From assembly GCF_001949145.1 (NCBI RefSeq), contig NW_019091362.1:1433838-1497837 (forward strand): DNA of 64,000 nucleotides, given 5' to 3'. This document shows, in pieces, positions 61,201-64,000 of the stretch. Each line of letters opens with the position of its first letter. Position 1 is the first letter of the stretch. The translations under genes were made by a program, and so were the position numbers. Under the pieces are notes generated by a model. That model saw only the letters and a program-made list of their open reading frames with translations, searched no databases and was not told the origin of the DNA. Origin of the DNA: Acanthaster planci (Eukaryota).

Positions 61201-64000
61201 AGGATACTGAAGTCCATCGTTTTATTTGGCTAAACCTTGACAGTTCGAGAAAACCCGAAATCTACCGGATGACGAGGGTCACATTTGGTGATAAGCCTTC
61301 ACCTGCTATGGCCAGCTTCGTCATACTGCAGATCGCTGAGAAGTTCAAGTCCATACTGAAGCTTCTTGGATACTGCAGCACGATAGATATATGGATAACC
61401 TAATTCATTCCTGTCCAACCACAACACAAGATATAAATTTGACATCGGATGTAGACCTCCTTCTCGAGGATGGCTCCTTTTCCGTGAAGAGATGGTATTG
61501 CTCGGCATCAACTCCAGTTCAGGAGGACTCTTGCATCAATCTTGGTGACGAAGAGATAATTAAGACCCTGGGAGTGTGTTGGAATCCGACTGAGGATGTT
61601 TTTCTTAACCTTCAATGTCAAGGAACCCGAAACCGAGGCCTTCACGAAGAGATCAGTCTTATCCAGGATGTCAATGGTATTTGATCCACTGGGGTTAGCG
61701 ACACCCGTGACCATTAGAACGAGAATGGCAATGCAGTCTCTTTGGTGGATGGATAGGTTGGGGTGGGACGATGAACTTCCCCAAGATTGTGTAGAATTGT
61801 GGACCAAACTATTTGAGGATATCAAGGGTCTCGAGGAGATAAAACTGCCGAGGAGTATCAAGCCAGCAGATGCAGTTGGAGTCCCAGCGCTACAATGTCT
61901 TTGCAGATGCGAATTTCTTGGCCTATGGGGCTGTCGTCTATATGCTCTGGAACACTCAAAATGGTCCCTGCATTCGTCTTTTCGCAGCAACGGCTAGAGT
62001 TACCCCTCTTCGCCAGACTACCATCCCACGACTGGAATTAATGGCTGCGCTTATAGCCTCTCGCTTGGCCAAGACGCTTCACACTGAGCTATGAGAAAAG
62101 CCACAGGTTCATCTTTGGACTGACGCCCGCATCGTTCTTCTCTGGTTACGGTCTGAATCCATAGATCTCAAGCCTTTCGTAGGAGTGCGTGTTGCAGAAA
62201 TACCGTCAACTGGTCTCCAGACCTATGGAATCATGTACCCACAGAATCCAACCCTCCGGGGCCACAGAAGCCAACCCTACGGATGACCTTAGTCGCGGCC
62301 TGACGGCCATTGAAATGAGATCACGATTGATCAATGGGCCATCCTTTCTCCGGCAACCAAAGACGGAATGGCCAGCACAAATCAAAGAAAAAGTTACCTT
62401 GGAAGATCCGGAGCGGTAAAGGCCGAAGTTAGTTTCTACCGTAGCAGGAGCGAAATCCATCCCCCGATAGAGTGCGTGCGATTTTCAAGCTGGGGAAGAC
62501 TGCGTAGGGTTACAGCTCTCTGCCTGCGATTCATTTCAACTTGAAATCCAGGAGACAAGACCAGATGAAAGGAACAGGTGCTCTCGTGCTAGACGAGCTC
62601 AAGGACGCTGAAACCTATTGGTTAGTGCAAGCTCAAAAGGATTTGGGAGATTGGTCTATCAGGTGTCGGGATCACACCCCATTTATCGACGAAAATAACC
62701 TGATAAGAGTTAGCAGACGACTGAGAAACGCAAGCTTTCCTTATGACGAAATTCATCCCATTCTTCTGCCATCTTCGGGACACATATCCCGACTGATTAT
62801 GAAGGATGTCCATAATGCAAGGGCTCATCCAGGAGCGGAGAGAACGTTGAGCGACAGCAGGAGAAAGTTCTGGATTCTCAAGGGACGGAGTCTTGCGAGG
62901 GAGGCGGTGAGACTATGCGTGATCTGTCGTAAACTCCGTTAGTCTCCACATGTCACTTTGATGGCAGGAGAAAGTTCTGGATTCTCAAGGGACGGAGTCT
63001 TGCGAGGGAGGCGGTGAGACTCTGCGTGATCTGTCGTAAACTCCGTTAGTCTCCACATGTCACTTTGATGGCTGGTTTACCACCAGAACGTCTGAGAATG
63101 TTTTCGCCACCATTTCCAACCGTTGGCGTTGATCTATTCGGTCCTTTCCAGTTGAAATACGGCTGTAATAAGGCGAAGAAAGCTTGGGCAGCCATATTTA
63201 CTTGTGCCACAGTTCGAGTGATCCACCTGGAAGTAGTAGAGGATCTTTCGACCCAAGCCTCCATGCGTGCTATTCGACGATTTGCAGCACATTATGGTTG
63301 GCCTTCAACACTGATACATATATCTGATAATGGCACTTCCTTCATTGATGCAGAAAAGGAACTCAAGAGGCTGTTCACAGAGAGACGGGAGCTGGAAGAC
63401 TTCGCATTTCTCCACAAATTGAAGACGCGGTTTATCACATCCGTTAGTCCTCATCAGGGAGGATTCTATGAGAGTCTTATTAAGCAAGTGAAAACCGCTC
63501 TGAAAGTTTCAATTTCAGGCCAGATTCTGGCGTGGAATGAAATGACCACAGCCTTCAGTGAAGTGAAAGGTCTTCTTAATTCCAGGCCAATCGGATATTC
63601 ATCTGATGACCAAATGATTTCAGACCTCTTACCCCCAATCATTTCATGATTGGGAGAGCTTCCACAGATACCCCACAAGGTCAGTTCAACGAGACTGGAA
63701 ACTTACACAAACGCTCCGAGTTCATTCAGGGTCTTGTCACGCAATTCTACAGACGCTTCAAAAGGGAATACCTCCACACATTCATGTCCAGACAAAAATG
63801 GCGAAGCGCTGGTCGACAGTGAGCCGTTGGGGATGTCGTGTTGCTCACAGACGACAAGCTCGCCCATGGTAAGTGGAGCATGGCGCTAATCATCGAAGTG
63901 TTTCCTGGAGGTGATGGAATAGTTAGAAACGTCCTGGTAAAGACCCCGTCTGGGGAGAAAAGGTGGAGCGTACAAAAGTGTTGTCTTATCTTGGAGGGTT
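58225..64000 (+). mobile_element. Decayed BEL/Pao LTR retrotransposon (probable partial 5' LTR plus disrupted gag-pol), running off the right edge
   Basis: AATAAA-containing LTR-like end then PBS-like TGGTG at 58410; gag FDGDPLGYVDFVDSFK; three Cys/His knuckles (CYICKSPHRVTDC, CFSCLNQGHKGEEC, CSKNGCSRMHHPLIH); protease LVDSGA; RT YYLPHHGIYR…LRVVFD, GDISKIFLQV, TFGDKPSP, YMDN; RNase H FADANFLAYG, TIPRLEL; integrase GVDLFGP, SDNGTSF, GGFYESLI. Order PR-RT-RH-IN; many stops and frameshifts. Confidence 0.95.

Noticed and set aside
58432..64000. Active or domesticated retroelement gene, or programmed frameshifting
   Set aside because: Many scattered stops and frameshifts across gag, RT, RNase H and integrase indicate neutral decay.

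Overview
Eukaryotic (invertebrate animal; deuterostome origin is my inference) genomic DNA with spliceosomal GT-AG introns; no prokaryotic features. Three intron-containing genes lie head-to-tail on the minus strand, reconstructed by hand with consistent exon phases. (1) The 5' part of a probable DNA2 nuclease/helicase gene (ATG 6441, running off the left edge). About 850 mostly low-complexity residues precede the DNA2-like core and carry a PIP box, two TOPBP1-type (V/I)PETP motifs, two Ctf4/AND-1 CIP-like helices and an RPA70N-like acidic helix. (2) A complete AAMP/SQT1 WD40 gene (17106-9451, 11 coding exons, ~416 aa). (3) A complete giantin/GOLGB1-like gene (53244-24113, 20 coding exons, ~3283 aa) with a 6.2-kb exon, two micro-exons and a C-terminal tail anchor. 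After a 405-N gap (57820-58224) there is a decayed BEL/Pao LTR retrotransposon. Introns and intergenic DNA hold many non-autonomous DNA transposons (Harbinger-, piggyBac-, Kolobok-, Tc1/mariner-, hAT- and IS3EU-like), tRNA-derived SINEs, a decayed LINE, a 19-bp minisatellite and a 91-bp near-perfect palindrome. The best candidate for undescribed biology is the motif-rich N-terminal scaffold of the putative DNA2. All homology calls are from memory of the families, not from database searches.
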